Shown: one piece after another, positions 7,597-18,098 of the stretch
How the letters are laid out: each line of letters begins with the position of its first letter
How positions within the stretch are numbered: the stretch's first letter is position 1
NCBI GenBank assembly: GCA_033762295.1
Contig: JANRLW010000053.1
Coordinates: 1-31,522, forward strand
Length of the DNA stretch: 31,522 nt
DNA from: Capsulimonadales bacterium
Lineage (GTDB): Bacteria > Armatimonadota > Armatimonadia > Armatimonadales > Armatimonadaceae
Direction of reading: 5' to 3'
Translations under genes and position numbers: made by a program
The notes under the pieces: generated by a model
Told to the model about the DNA's origin: nothing
Databases searched by the model: none
Seen by the model: the letters and a program-made list of their open reading frames with translations, nothing else

Positions 7597-8580
7597 TCAG
7601 AATTCGTTGTAAATCGTTTTCAGACGGTGGAGTTCCTGGCGGATCGTCTGGCGTAGTTCGGCAGGTTCCATTACCTCGACTTCCGCACCGTAGCCGAGAA
7701 TCCAGCGGGTAAGGTCTTCGGTGAGGGCGACATGCAAGGTGATGATCAGTCCGCCGTCGTCCTGTTCGTGATTGTGCTGGGTCGCATGGTAGCGGCGTTC
7801 CCGAATCCAGACGGCCTGTCGCGCGGAGAAGCGGAGACGTACCGAGACCGGATTACCGCCTCGCTGGAGTTGGAACGCGGTTTCAAGGTAGGAACGGATA
7901 TCGAAGTCCGGAGGAACCGTGAAGGTCTCGTCGTCGGGCAGAAGTCGCCAGTGTCGGATGCGGGGGAGAAAGAAGTGTCTCAGGTCCGTGCGCCGTTCGC
8001 AAAAAGCGATCAGATAGAGTTCGCCACGCCAGTTGAGGAGGGTATAGGGCCGAACGATCCGTTCGGTGATCTCACCTCGGTGCGCTCCGAAGTAGGTGAT
8101 ATCGAGTCGACGACGTTGTTCAAGAGCGTGGCGGATGTCTCGCAGCAGTTCTTCAGGAATCAGGAACTCGTCCGCGAGGCGAATGCGACCGGTCAGGATT
8201 TCCTGTCCGTCGGAAGCAAAATCATCGTGCCGGGGCAGGTCGCGCAGGTAGGGAGAGAGTCGGACGGCGAGTTGGCGGACGAGGGCCGCATCCGTCGGCG
8301 GCAGGTAGCTCTGAGCGGCAAGAAGGGATTGCCGGAGGGTATTCGCTTCGGTTTCGGTGAGAGCGAGGTAGGGCAGTCTGTAGGTGGGTTCCGTGTAGTA
8401 GTAGCCGCGTCGGGCGGAATGGAAGACGAGCGGTGCGCCGATGCGTTGCCGCAGATGGCGGATATCTTCCTTCGCCTGTCGTTCCCGGATGCCGAAGGTT
8501 TCGCACAAGTCCTTCCAGTGGGGGTAACGGCGCTCACGAATGCGGGCATCCAACCAATACAATCGTTCGAGGCTTGACAA
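7597..8580 (-). CDS. HTH-WYL-WCX transcriptional regulator (PafB/PafC/DriD-like)
   Basis: N-terminal wHTH (DLCETFGIRERQAKEDIRHLR, RRGYYY), WYL (RIVRPYTL..RGELYLIAFC..R..LRHFFLPRI), WCX (WILGYGAEVEVMEPAELR). Likely TTG start at 8580 with AGGAG RBS. Confidence 0.92.
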   Translation of the reverse strand: MSSLERLYWLDARIRERRYPHWKDLCETFGIRERQAKEDIRHLRQRIGAPLVFHSARRGYYYTEPTYRLPYLALTETEANTLRQSLLAAQSYLPPTDAALVRQLAVRLSPYLRDLPRHDDFASDGQEILTGRIRLADEFLIPEELLRDIRHALEQRRRLDITYFGAHRGEITERIVRPYTLLNWRGELYLIAFCERRTDLRHFFLPRIRHWRLLPDDETFTVPPDFDIRSYLETAFQLQRGGNPVSVRLRFSARQAVWIRERRYHATQHNHEQDDGGLIITLHVALTEDLTRWILGYGAEVEVMEPAELRQTIRQELHRLKTIYNEF

Positions 8581-8889
8581 TTTTAAATCTCCTGTCAGGT
8601 TGTTTGCCGAGGGATCGTTTTTTTCCTGTGGAGAACGGCGTTCCGTTGTAACGACCGAGAGAAGAACCGACAACCGCGCCGTGTCCGATGTGCGGGATGA
8701 GGCATAAAAGGTGAAGCGCCGGGATACAGTTGTGGTAGGAGGCACGAAGTGGCGACGACGTTTGGGGAGCGGAACGGGCTTCGTTCGGAACTGGTAGGCG
8801 GGATTCCGGCCTGGCGACGTATACCTCGCTGGTGGCGTTAACCCTGGCTTGCGGCTGCGATATGACGATTTAGCGGGCGACGGAACGGG

Positions 8890-9156
8890 TTATCGGTGTT
8901 CCCAGAGGGCGTCCTGCCATCGTCGGTAGAGGCGGACGGCGTCCCGAATGTTGACGTAGGCGAGTCCGGTGTTGAGCAGGGCGAAGGGGAGCAGGATGAG
9001 GAGGAGGGACCCGTGACGGGCCTCCCCGGCCCAGACGAAGAGGCACTGAAGAAGAAGAAAGATCGATACGCCGATCGCCACTTCGAGGGCTTTCCAGAAG
9101 AAATCCGACTGCGTTTCGCGAACCCGGGCCGGTAGATGTTTTTTGTCGGATGGCAT
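8890..9156 (-). CDS. Small hypothetical membrane protein (2 TM)
   Basis: MPSDKKHLP...; two hydrophobic stretches; GGAG upstream. C-terminal part of the listed 8890..9750 ORF. Confidence 0.55.
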   Translation of the reverse strand: MPSDKKHLPARVRETQSDFFWKALEVAIGVSIFLLLQCLFVWAGEARHGSLLLILLPFALLNTGLAYVNIRDAVRLYRRWQDALWEHR

Positions 9157-9359
9157 GGTCAGCGCGTCGCTCCCTGTGAATAGTGTGTACTTTTGTATGC
9201 AATTATCGGGAGAAAGATCGTTCTTCTTGAGGGCCTCCGGTGGCGTGCCGGTCCTCTCGCAGGTTCGGTCACGAAAGGTCGTCGGGCCGGCGGACGACGC
9301 GGGAAAGGTGGCCGACTTCGGACACCCGGCACCCGATACCCGGCAGGGTACAATAGGCC

Positions 9360-10943
9360 GTGAATTCCGAACCTTCCTCTTCGATACCGCCGACCGGAAC
9401 GGTGTACCTGGTCGGGGCGGGACCGGGCGATCCCGGTCTGCTGACACTCGCCGGTCGTCAGGCGTTGACCCGCGCCGATGTGGTGATCTACGATCGACTG
9501 GCCCATCCCTCGCTACTGCGATTTGCACCGCCCGACGCCGAGCGATTGTTCGTCGGCAAACAGTCGGCCCATCATTTTGTCCGCCAGGAGGACACCAATG
9601 CGCTGATGGCGGAACGCGCCCGCGCCGGGAAGACCGTGGTTCGCCTGAAGGGGGGCGATCCGTTCGTTTTCGGGCGTGGCGGCGAGGAAGGCGAATACCT
9701 CCGGGCGCAGGGGGTGCCGTTTGTCGTGGTGCCGGGGGTAACGTCGGCAATCGCCGCGCCGGCCTACGCCGGGATTCCGGTGACGCACCGGGATGCCGCG
9801 TCGTCGTTCGCGGTGATCACGGGGCATGAACGGGCCGAGGAGCGTGAGTCGGGCGAGCGGGCGGCGGGTCAGGCGGAGCAGCGGCGACGGTGGGACCGGA
9901 TCGCGTTCGCCGCCGATACGCTGGTCTTTTTGATGGGGGTGGAGGCGTTGCCGGAGATTGTCGCGCGCCTGATCGAGCACGGGCGGTCGCCGTCGACCCC
10001 GGTCGCGCTGGTGCAGTGGGGGACGTGGACACGGCAACGGGTGGTGACGGGCAATCTGGAGACGATCGTCGAGATCGGGAAGACCGCCGGAATCACCGCG
10101 CCCGCCGTGACCGTGATCGGGGAGGTGGTTCGTTACCGCGAGACCCTGCGCTGGTTCGATGTCGGGCCGCTGTTCGGGAAGCGCGTGCTGGTGACCCGGG
10201 CGCGCGAACAGGCGTCGACGCTGGCGGAGGATCTGCGGGCGCGGGGCGCGGAACCGATCGAGTTTCCGACGATCCGGATCACCCCGCCGGCGGACGATTA
10301 CGCGGCGCTGGAGGCGGTTCTGGCGGTCGACGCTCCCGCGTTTGACTGGGTGGTGTTTACGTCGGCCAACGCGGTGTCCCATGTTTTCGACTGGCTCCTG
10401 CGGACCGGGCGCGATGCCCGGACCTTTGCGGGATGCCGGATCGCGGCGGTGGGAACGGCGACGGCGGAGGCGCTGAAGGAACGCGGTATCCTGGCGGATT
10501 TCGTGCCGTCCGAGTTTGTGGCGGAGGCGGTCGTGGCGCAGTTTCCCGAACCGGTGCGGGGACGGCGACTTCTCCTGCCGCGCGCCACCGAGGGGCGGGA
10601 AACGCTGGCCGATCTGTGGCGCGCGCAGGGCGCGTTGCCGGAGGTGGTGGCGGTCTACCGAACGGAACGGGAGACCGAGGGCGCGGACGAGATACGGGCG
10701 ATGCTGGCGAACGGGGAGATCGACGCAATCACTTTCTCCGCGTCCTCGACGGTGAGGAATCTGGCGACGGCGCTGGCGGGGGCGACGGTTCCGGAGGGGG
10801 TCTGTCTGGCGGCGATCGGTCCGGTCACGGCGGAGACCTGTCGGGAACTGTTGCGTGAGCCTGATTGTATCGCTGATACGCATACGATGGACGGGTTGAC
10901 GGCGGCTCTGGCGCAGTGGTTCGAGCGGAACGCCGCCGTGTAA
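9360..10943 (+). CDS. cobA: Fused uroporphyrinogen-III C-methyltransferase / uroporphyrinogen-III synthase (CobA-HemD)
   Basis: VYLVGAGPGDPGLLT, RLKGGDPFVFGRGGEE, VPGVTSAIAAPAYAGIPVTHR, then HemD part (LFGKRVLVTRAREQA, WVVFTSANAV, TFSASSTV). Confidence 0.95.
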   Translation: MNSEPSSSIPPTGTVYLVGAGPGDPGLLTLAGRQALTRADVVIYDRLAHPSLLRFAPPDAERLFVGKQSAHHFVRQEDTNALMAERARAGKTVVRLKGGDPFVFGRGGEEGEYLRAQGVPFVVVPGVTSAIAAPAYAGIPVTHRDAASSFAVITGHERAEERESGERAAGQAEQRRRWDRIAFAADTLVFLMGVEALPEIVARLIEHGRSPSTPVALVQWGTWTRQRVVTGNLETIVEIGKTAGITAPAVTVIGEVVRYRETLRWFDVGPLFGKRVLVTRAREQASTLAEDLRARGAEPIEFPTIRITPPADDYAALEAVLAVDAPAFDWVVFTSANAVSHVFDWLLRTGRDARTFAGCRIAAVGTATAEALKERGILADFVPSEFVAEAVVAQFPEPVRGRRLLLPRATEGRETLADLWRAQGALPEVVAVYRTERETEGADEIRAMLANGEIDAITFSASSTVRNLATALAGATVPEGVCLAAIGPVTAETCRELLREPDCIADTHTMDGLTAALAQWFERNAAV

Positions 10944-10968
10944 GCGGTATTTACGGAAAGGCGGGGCG

Positions 10969-11910
10969 ATGATTACAGGTATCCACCATGTCACCGCGAT
11001 CGCGAGCGATGCCCAGCGAAATGTCGATTTTTATGCCGGTATCCTGGGATTGCGGCTGGTGAAGAAGACGGTGAATTTCGACGATCCGGGGACGTATCAT
11101 CTGTACTACGGGGACGGCCTGGGCCGTCCGGGCACGATCCTGACGTTTTTCCCCTGGCCGGGAGCGAATCGGGGGCGGCGTGGAACCGGTCAGGTGACGA
11201 CCACGCTGCTGGCCGTGCCGTCCGGCTCCCTCGACTGGTGGAAGGAGCATCTGACGAAAAGCGGCGTGACGCTTCTGCCGGACAGCGCGGTCGATGAGGA
11301 CGGAAACGGGTGGTTGTTTTTCGATGACCCGGACGGCATGCGTCTGGCGTTGACGGCGGACGCGACGTCGGGCGACGGTTCGGGCAGCGGGACGGTCCCG
11401 CCGGAGCGGGCGGTTCGAGGTATCTGGGGCGTGAACCTGTGGGAGGCGCGCGCCGAACCGACGGTGCAGTTTCTGACGGACGTGGCCGGGTTTGTTCCGC
11501 AGGGAGAGGGACTGGCGTTCGCGGCGGCGAAGGGGGAACCGTTTGACCGGGTCGTTCTGACGGCGGCGGACCGGGAGGCCGGGATGTCCCTGCCACGCGG
11601 GTTGATGGGGGCGGGAATCGTTCATCATGTGGCGTTTCGCGTGCCGGATGACGCGACGCAGGCGGAATGGCGGGACAAACTGACGGGCCTGGGCTTTCAT
11701 GTATCGCCGGTGATGGATCGAAACTATTTTCATTCGATCTATTTCCGGGAGCCGGGTGGGGTACTGTTCGAGCTGGCGACCGACCCGCCGGGATTTACGG
11801 CGGACGAGGCACCGGAGACGCTGGGGCGCGAGCTGAAACTGCCGCCCCAGTACGAGGCGTTACGAGCGCAGCTGGAGGAGGTATTGCCGCCATTGCGGGT
11901 TCCGTCGTGA
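10969..11910 (+). CDS. Ring-cleaving dioxygenase, VOC/glyoxalase family (MhqO/MhqA-like)
   Basis: GIHHVTAIA, LRLVKKTVNFDDPGTYHLYYGD, HHVAFR, DRNYFHSIYFREPGGVLFELATDPPGF. Confidence 0.93.
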   Translation: MITGIHHVTAIASDAQRNVDFYAGILGLRLVKKTVNFDDPGTYHLYYGDGLGRPGTILTFFPWPGANRGRRGTGQVTTTLLAVPSGSLDWWKEHLTKSGVTLLPDSAVDEDGNGWLFFDDPDGMRLALTADATSGDGSGSGTVPPERAVRGIWGVNLWEARAEPTVQFLTDVAGFVPQGEGLAFAAAKGEPFDRVVLTAADREAGMSLPRGLMGAGIVHHVAFRVPDDATQAEWRDKLTGLGFHVSPVMDRNYFHSIYFREPGGVLFELATDPPGFTADEAPETLGRELKLPPQYEALRAQLEEVLPPLRVPS

Positions 11911-11949
11911 GAACCGGAGAGTCACGGTGCTTTTCGTACGGAGCATGAC

Positions 11950-11994
11950 AAAAAGCGAAACGGGGAGGCCGATCGGCCTCCCCGTTTCGCTTTG
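11950..11994. terminator. Probable bidirectional terminator between convergent genes
   Basis: AAAAGCGAAACGGGGAGGCC-GATC-GGCCTCCCCGTTTCGCTTT long inverted repeat. Confidence 0.8.
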
Positions 11995-12009
11995 CACGAG
12001 AACGTCCGT

Positions 12010-13791
12010 TCAGATTTCCGAAGCGACGCGCTGGTAGGAGACGACGCGGAACTGGTTGCCGGTGGTGGGGAAGAACGGCGGGGGGGTGCTGGCGACGCGG
12101 GGATCATAGTTGCGGTTGATTCCCACACCGGTGTACTGGAGGGCGTCCGCACCGAAGCCGGCGAGGACGCCGGGGTTCTTCTGGATCATCCCGCCGTACA
12201 GACCGACGGTTGCCACACTTCGACTGAGGGCGCCTTCGGCGTTGATGGTATCGTTGGCCATGAGGATGGCATGCATACGAGAGTTGTTGGGCAATTCCAT
12301 GGTGAACTGGATCTTCCCGGCCACCACCCCGAACATGCCGGATGCGGTGGTGGGCCGGTTGGCGCCATCGAGGGAAGTATGCGAGATAGCTCCGTTCAGA
12401 TTGACGGTCTTGTCGGGCGGGGTTGCCACGGTCCAGGCATTCTGTTTGACGATGGTCGTTCCGCTCATGACATTGTTGGAGATCCATCCGCTCAGGCCGC
12501 CGCTCGCGGCGGTCAGGGGTGCGCCGTTCGGGTTCGACGGGTTGGGAACGCTGGGTTTGCCGATATTGCCGTTGACATAGACGACGCCGTTGGTTCGTCC
12601 GGCCAGGGTGGTGGCACTGCCGACATTGGTATAGATGTTGCTGGTCAGGTTGGGGGTCTGGGATCTCTGGATGGAGACGGTCTCGTTGATCGGATTGACT
12701 GTGATATAGGTTTTGATCTTTCGGACGCCGTCGTTCTGTATGATTTCGATATTCTGAATGCGACTATCGCTATCCCCGGGGATCATGCGCATATTATCGA
12801 CGTCGCCGTTGATGTAAATTCCTCCGGAGGTCGCGCCGCCGTTAGAGGGAACGGTAACGGAGGGGCCGGCGGGGACGGAGGCGGGCGGGGTGCCGAGGGC
12901 GGCGTCCTGCTGCCGGTTGGTCTCCGTCGGCATATCGACCATCGGCTGGTCGGTGCGCATGGTGGACTGTCCGCCACGGGCGACGAAGTTCCAGTCCGCG
13001 CCGCTGGGCGCTTCCTGATTGGTCGTCGTGTTTTTGAAATACTGGACCTTGCCAGCGGAGGCGGAGGTGGTAAACGCGCCGTCTCCGGTGAACTGGAAGA
13101 TCGGAACGGTTCCGGGGCTGTTCGGGTCCCACCATGGTTGCCGCCGCCAGAGAAGTTTGAACCCGGCGTTGATGTTATAGGCGGGATCGCTGGCAAAGGT
13201 ATTGCGGGCGTTGACGTGGACGGGGCCGGTGAAGGCGGAGTTGCCCCCCGCCCAGAAGGAACCGGTCGGGGCGTTATCGGCGAAGTAGGCGTATCTGGCG
13301 AAGGTATCCTGAAGAATGACCGCCCGGACGACCTGTTTGAGTCCCTGATAGGTGCCGACGGACTCGATCGCGTAGCTTTTGAGAGCGTTGACGTCGTTGT
13401 TGGCGGCGGGGAGGATGCGAACGTCGATGGTGCCGATCGTATCACCGTTCGGAGCGGTAAACGTGATGCGGTCGTAGTTCCCGTTGGCGGTGGTTCCGGT
13501 CCAGAAGGCGGCGGCCTGGGAGGGCCGGAAGGGGGTCATCTGGGAGGGCGGCCCGGCCTGAACGCTAATCCACTGAAGGACGGCTCGGATGCCGATATCG
13601 GCCAGGTTCTGCGCCTGGTACGACGCCGAGCGCTTTCGTGTCAGGTGCAGGGAGTTCCGGGTAACATCGGACAGACCCGCGGTGCCACCGATGCCGGCGA
13701 GCATAAAGGCCATCAGCATCATCAGGACCATCATAACGCCGACGAGAATCATGCCGCGACGATGTCGTTTGTGTGTGTGGACGGTGTTCAT
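12010..13791 (-). CDS. PilX/GspK-like minor pilin with large beta-rich C-terminal domain (copy B)
   Basis: RRRG|MILVGVMMVLMMLMAF prepilin-like leader lacking Glu5; QAQNLADIGI; C-terminal YDPRVASTPPPFFP; paralog of 15074-16876. Confidence 0.75.
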   Translation of the reverse strand: MNTVHTHKRHRRGMILVGVMMVLMMLMAFMLAGIGGTAGLSDVTRNSLHLTRKRSASYQAQNLADIGIRAVLQWISVQAGPPSQMTPFRPSQAAAFWTGTTANGNYDRITFTAPNGDTIGTIDVRILPAANNDVNALKSYAIESVGTYQGLKQVVRAVILQDTFARYAYFADNAPTGSFWAGGNSAFTGPVHVNARNTFASDPAYNINAGFKLLWRRQPWWDPNSPGTVPIFQFTGDGAFTTSASAGKVQYFKNTTTNQEAPSGADWNFVARGGQSTMRTDQPMVDMPTETNRQQDAALGTPPASVPAGPSVTVPSNGGATSGGIYINGDVDNMRMIPGDSDSRIQNIEIIQNDGVRKIKTYITVNPINETVSIQRSQTPNLTSNIYTNVGSATTLAGRTNGVVYVNGNIGKPSVPNPSNPNGAPLTAASGGLSGWISNNVMSGTTIVKQNAWTVATPPDKTVNLNGAISHTSLDGANRPTTASGMFGVVAGKIQFTMELPNNSRMHAILMANDTINAEGALSRSVATVGLYGGMIQKNPGVLAGFGADALQYTGVGINRNYDPRVASTPPPFFPTTGNQFRVVSYQRVASEI

Positions 13792-13869
13792 AGTAAGTGC
13801 TCGATAATTATAACGGGTTCGATTTCGTACTGTTGACGGTGCGTGCGGGTTCGGTCGGAGCCGGGCTAT

Positions 13870-14787
13870 CTAGCTCCCCTCCACCAGAGGGGGAAGGGTC
13901 GGCGTCGGCGTGGGGGTCGGCGTCGGTGTTCCTGCAGGGGTCGGCGTCGGTGATCCTGCAGGGGTCGGCGTCGCGGTCGGCGGCACAGTGGGCACGGCGA
14001 CGGCACCGACGGGCGAGTTACGGGAGAAGACGATCCTGCCGCCGACCTGACTGACCAGGTTTGAGGCGTTGACGTTCGTGCCGGTGACATCGCCGGACTG
14101 TTCGCCCTGCAAGCCGCCATACTCGGAGGTGACGATTTTGACTTCGATGCTGCGGGTGCTGGAGATCAGGTTGTTCTGTCGGACGAACCGAACGGCGTCC
14201 GTTGAGTGGGCGATATTTCCGGCGATCAATTGATATCCGCTACCGCCGTCCATCGCACGCTTCCAGAGGCAGGTTCCCGCATCGGCGTTCGCGGTCCGGT
14301 CGGCATTGCCGCGGTAGATGAGGCAGTAGGGCAGGCCGGACGCGGTCCGGTCGGCGGTGTTGAAGGTGGTACTGCCGCCGGCGACGGTAAAGGGTTTGTT
14401 CGCCGCCTTGTAGAGGAAAATACCCGTAAACCGACCGGTGGAACTGGTGTACTGGCTGGCGTTCCCGGCGTCGGCGGCAGGCCAGGGGACGCCCCCGCTA
14501 CCATCGGGCAGAGCGGTGTAGTAGGCTTCCTTGAGCTCGTCCCCGACCAGCTGATTGGCCTCCGCGCTGGAGCGGAAGGCATCCGTCATGGCCAGGATCT
14601 TGGCGCCGTTGCCGGACGCGGAAGCGAACAGGGTCAGCGTTCCGACGAAAATCAGGGTCATCAGGGTGACGCCGATCAAAATTTCGATCAAGGTGAATGC
14701 GCCGGAAGTCCGGCAGGTGTTCCGCGATCTGAACGGATGATTCACAATTAGTAGACGAGAATTGTTGTTATTTTTACTGCTATTCAT
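13870..14787 (-). CDS. Prepilin N-terminal methylation domain protein (PilW-like) with Pro/Thr tail (copy B)
   Basis: GA|FTLIEILIGVTLM; C-terminal PTPTP repeats; paralog of 16965-18047. Confidence 0.8.
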   Translation of the reverse strand: MNSSKNNNNSRLLIVNHPFRSRNTCRTSGAFTLIEILIGVTLMTLIFVGTLTLFASASGNGAKILAMTDAFRSSAEANQLVGDELKEAYYTALPDGSGGVPWPAADAGNASQYTSSTGRFTGIFLYKAANKPFTVAGGSTTFNTADRTASGLPYCLIYRGNADRTANADAGTCLWKRAMDGGSGYQLIAGNIAHSTDAVRFVRQNNLISSTRSIEVKIVTSEYGGLQGEQSGDVTGTNVNASNLVSQVGGRIVFSRNSPVGAVAVPTVPPTATPTPAGSPTPTPAGTPTPTPTPTPTLPPLVEGS

Positions 14788-15004
14788 ACACAGCCTGCTT
14801 TACGGCGCAAAGGAGAGGCTTTGTGCCGGTTGTCATGATTTCCCTTTCGGCCATTTTGGAGTCACGGCGGATTCTACGAAAAGGTAGAACGCTTTAACAC
14901 TTATTAAATTGGTCACAGTGGTCGGCAGCCATAGGTGATTTTATTTCTACAATTTTTTAGTTTTTTTTACCGATTCGAATTAGTATTTTTTACTTGAAGA
15001 ACCT

Positions 15005-15047
15005 AAAACAACGAAGGCCGGAGAACTCTCCGGCCTTCGTTGTTTTT
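15005..15047. terminator. Rho-independent terminator after PilX-like copy A
   Basis: AAAACAACGAAGGCCGGAGA-AC-TCTCCGGCCTTCGTTGTTTT inverted repeat with A/T tails. Confidence 0.8.
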
Positions 15048-15073
15048 GTCGTGCGCCGTTCGCGCAACGGTTT

Positions 15074-16876
15074 TCAGAGCGTGGCGGCTACTCGCTGGTA
15101 GGATCGTATCTTGTACTGGTTGCCGGTCGACGGGAAGAAGGGCGGCGGGGTGTTGGCGACCCGCGAGTCGTAGTTGCGGTTGACGGCAAACCCGGTCCAC
15201 TGGGTCCCGGCGTTGTCGATCCCGGCGAAGGTTCCGGGCGACTTGACGATGTAACCGCCGAGCAGGTTGAAGTTGGCGATCGGACGGTTGAGCGGAGCCT
15301 CGGCATTAAACGTGTCGTAGGCCATGACCGTGGCATGTACGGTGACCGTCGCCAGGCCGTCGTTCATGTCGTCGCCGACCAGGTTGCTGAGGAGCTGGAC
15401 CTTTTTGGAGACGATCCCCAGAATGCCGGACTGGGTCACCGCGTTTCCGCCCGACGTGCTGGCGTAGACGATATCCCCGGAGATATTGACACTGTTGGTG
15501 GAGCCGGTGACGATGCTCAGGGCGCTCTGTTTGGTCACCGTGCCGCCGCTGACGACGCTGTTGGCGACCTTGCCGGAGACGCCGCCGGACCCCCAGGTCG
15601 TCGGAGTGCCGTCCGGGTTGCCCGTCGGAGGAACGCTCGGACTGCCGACGTTCCCGTTGACGTAAAGGACCCCGTTGGTCCGTCCGGCGAAGGCGGAGGG
15701 GCTACCGACCTGGGTGTAGGTCGTTCCGGACATATTGGCGGTCTGGAATTTGGTGATGGTGACGGTGCCATCGGCGCCGGAGTTGGGATCGATGGAGATA
15801 ACCGTCTTGATCTTTCGGGTGCCGTCGTTCTGAAAGATTTCGATGCCCTGGACCGTGTTGTTGGTGCCCGAGGCCGTCAGTTTCATGTCATCGACGTTGC
15901 CGTTGACATAGATTCCCCCGCAGGTCGCTCCGGAGTTGGCCGGAACGGTGACCGACGGACCCGACGGGATCGTGGCGGGCGGGGTGCCGAGGGCGGCGTC
16001 CTGCTGACGGGTGCTCTGGGTCGGCATTTCGACCGCGGCCACTCCGGCTTTGACCGTCGGTTCGCCGCCGGCGGCGACCCGGCCCCACTGGGTCGTGCCA
16101 CTGGGAGGGGCCAGGGTGGTCTGGTTTCCTCGATACCACTTGACCTGCGAGGACGAGGCGGCGGTGGTAAAGGCGCCGTCCCCGGCGTACTTGAAGATCT
16201 GCCTGTTGTTGACGTTCTGCCAGAGGATCTTGATGGCAGCGTTGGGATCGTAGTCGGGGGTGCCGGAGACCATGTTTCGGGCGTTGACATGAACGGGCCC
16301 GTTGAAGATGGTGGACCCGGCGGTCCACCAGGTGTTGACGGGGGCGTAGTCGGAGAAGAAGGCGTACTTGGCGAAGGTGTCCTGGATGATGGCGGCGCGG
16401 ACGATCTGTTTGTGTCCCGAGTAGGTGCCGACGGACTCGACCAGGTAGCTTCGCATGGTGACGGTGTTGTTGTCTCCGAACGGATGGACCCGGACATCGA
16501 TGGTCCCGATGGTGTTGTTGGTCGGGTCGTTGAAGGTCACACGGTCGTAGTTTCCGTTGACGGTGGCTCCGGTCCAGAAGGTGGCGACCTGGGAGGGTCG
16601 GAAGGGGCTCATGTTGGTGGGGGCGGCGGACTGGACGTTGAGCCACTGGAGGACGGCGCGGATGCCGGTGTCGGCCAGGTTCTGCGCCTGGTACGAAGCC
16701 GACCGCTTCCGGGTGAGGTTGGCGGTTCCCCGGGTGGCATCGGAAACGCTGGCGTTGCTGCCGATACCGATGAGCGAGATGGCCATGATCATCATCAGGA
16801 CCATCATGACGCCGACCAGCACCATGCCGCGGCGTCCCTTACGTGCGGCGACGGATCGATTGATTCCCTGTTTCAT
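15074..16876 (-). CDS. PilX/GspK-like minor pilin with large C-terminal domain (copy A)
   Basis: GRRG|MVLVGVMMVLMMIMAI; shares blocks with 12010-13791 (RKRSASYQAQNLAD, QDTFAxYAxFxD, RQQDAALGTPP, PPPFFP). Confidence 0.75.
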   Translation of the reverse strand: MKQGINRSVAARKGRRGMVLVGVMMVLMMIMAISLIGIGSNASVSDATRGTANLTRKRSASYQAQNLADTGIRAVLQWLNVQSAAPTNMSPFRPSQVATFWTGATVNGNYDRVTFNDPTNNTIGTIDVRVHPFGDNNTVTMRSYLVESVGTYSGHKQIVRAAIIQDTFAKYAFFSDYAPVNTWWTAGSTIFNGPVHVNARNMVSGTPDYDPNAAIKILWQNVNNRQIFKYAGDGAFTTAASSSQVKWYRGNQTTLAPPSGTTQWGRVAAGGEPTVKAGVAAVEMPTQSTRQQDAALGTPPATIPSGPSVTVPANSGATCGGIYVNGNVDDMKLTASGTNNTVQGIEIFQNDGTRKIKTVISIDPNSGADGTVTITKFQTANMSGTTYTQVGSPSAFAGRTNGVLYVNGNVGSPSVPPTGNPDGTPTTWGSGGVSGKVANSVVSGGTVTKQSALSIVTGSTNSVNISGDIVYASTSGGNAVTQSGILGIVSKKVQLLSNLVGDDMNDGLATVTVHATVMAYDTFNAEAPLNRPIANFNLLGGYIVKSPGTFAGIDNAGTQWTGFAVNRNYDSRVANTPPPFFPSTGNQYKIRSYQRVAATL

Positions 16877-16964
16877 CTGTGTTCGTTTCCTCGTTCCTGA
16901 ATCCTGACCGGGTTTCCGGCGACGGGTCGGCCCTGCCCGACTTTGCCGGGCAGGGCGGGCGGAG

Positions 16965-18047
16965 CTATCGTCCGGAACCGGACAGCGGCGGTAGAGTCGG
17001 CGTCGGTGTCGGTGTCGGTCGCGGCGTGGGTCGCGGCGTCGGTGTCGGTGTCGGCGTCGGTCGCGGCGTCGGTGTGGGTCGCGGCGTCGGTGTGGGTCGC
17101 GGCGTCGGCGTCGGCACCGGAGTGGGTGTGGGTCGCGGCGTCGGTGTCGGTGTCGGTGTCGGTCGCGGGGTGGGCGTGGGCCGCGGCGTCGGTGTCGGCA
17201 CCGGAGTGGCGGTCGGCACCGGGGTGGGCGTGGGCGTGGGCGTGGGCGTCGGCGTCGGGAAACCGGTGCCGCTCGGGGTGGCGACGCCGGTGATGCCGAG
17301 GGAGGAGTTACGCGGGATCACGACGCGCCCGCCGATCGTGCTGACCAGGTTCTGCGCGTTGGTGACGTTGCCGGTCTTTTCGCTGGACTGGTTTCCCATC
17401 ATGCCGCCGTAATCGGCGCAGACGATCTTGAATTCGATGGACCCGGTAAGCCCGGCGGTGAGTCGCTTGAACTGCACGGCATCGGTGGCGGGGGCGATGT
17501 TATTGGCGATGAGGGTCCGCGGGTTGCCGCCGGTGGTGAGCTGTTTCCAGAAGCAGGTTCCGGTATTGGGGTTTGCCGTGCCGTCCGGATCGCCCCGGTA
17601 GTAGAGGCAGTAGGGCTGACCGGTGCCGGAGCGGTTGGCGAGGCTGACGCTGCTGCCACTGCCGGCGAGAGAGATGGTCTGAGCGGGCGCGGTATAGAGG
17701 AAGACCCCGGTAAACCTGTTATTGGTGTTCCGGTACAGGGTGGAGTTGCCGACGGCGGTGGGCCAGGCGAGTCCTCCGGAACCATCGGGCAGAGCGCAGG
17801 CAAAGGATTCCTTGATATCGTCGGCAACGATCTGCATGGTCTGCGCGCTGCTACGGCTCGCATCGTTCATGGCGAGAACGCGGAATCCGCTGGTGCTTGT
17901 CGACGCGAAAAGCGTAAGAGTGCCTATAAAGATGAGTGCCATCAGGAAGACGGCAACCATTATTTCCGGCAGGGTAAATCCCGTCTTGACCAGACGTCGT
18001 TGAAGCAGACGCTTGATCTGTCCATTCGAGAACATTTTCATTGACAT
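16965..18047 (-). CDS. Prepilin N-terminal methylation domain protein (PilW-like) with long Pro/Thr/Arg tail (copy A)
   Basis: [15 protein letters not shown]; ~85-residue PTPTPRPTP tail. Confidence 0.8.
   Translation of the reverse strand: MSMKMFSNGQIKRLLQRRLVKTGFTLPEIMVAVFLMALIFIGTLTLFASTSTSGFRVLAMNDASRSSAQTMQIVADDIKESFACALPDGSGGLAWPTAVGNSTLYRNTNNRFTGVFLYTAPAQTISLAGSGSSVSLANRSGTGQPYCLYYRGDPDGTANPNTGTCFWKQLTTGGNPRTLIANNIAPATDAVQFKRLTAGLTGSIEFKIVCADYGGMMGNQSSEKTGNVTNAQNLVSTIGGRVVIPRNSSLGITGVATPSGTGFPTPTPTPTPTPTPVPTATPVPTPTPRPTPTPRPTPTPTPTPRPTPTPVPTPTPRPTPTPRPTPTPRPTPTPTPTPRPTPRPTPTPTPTLPPLSGSGR
16996..17258. repeat. Low-complexity tandem repeat encoding (PT)n/PTPR
   Basis: Repeated 6-nt and 18-nt units such as GTCGGCGTCGGT and GGTCGCGGCGTC. 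Confidence 0.9.
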
Positions 18048-18098
18048 GGGGTGGACCTTTTCTCTGTTCCGATTCTTCGTGCCGACGGTACGGGTGGT

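Noticed and set aside
8581..8745. N-terminal extension of the WYL ORF
   Set aside because: Low-complexity sequence; a better TTG start with AGGAG RBS exists at 8580.
14800..14940. Possible c-di-GMP-I riboswitch or sigma54 promoter before PilW(B)
   Set aside because: Only fragments (GGCACAAAGCC) match; P1/P2 architecture and the -12 TTGC are absent.
16879..17412. + strand Gly/Val repeat ORF
   Set aside because: Antisense reading of the Pro/Thr repeat of the PilW-like gene.
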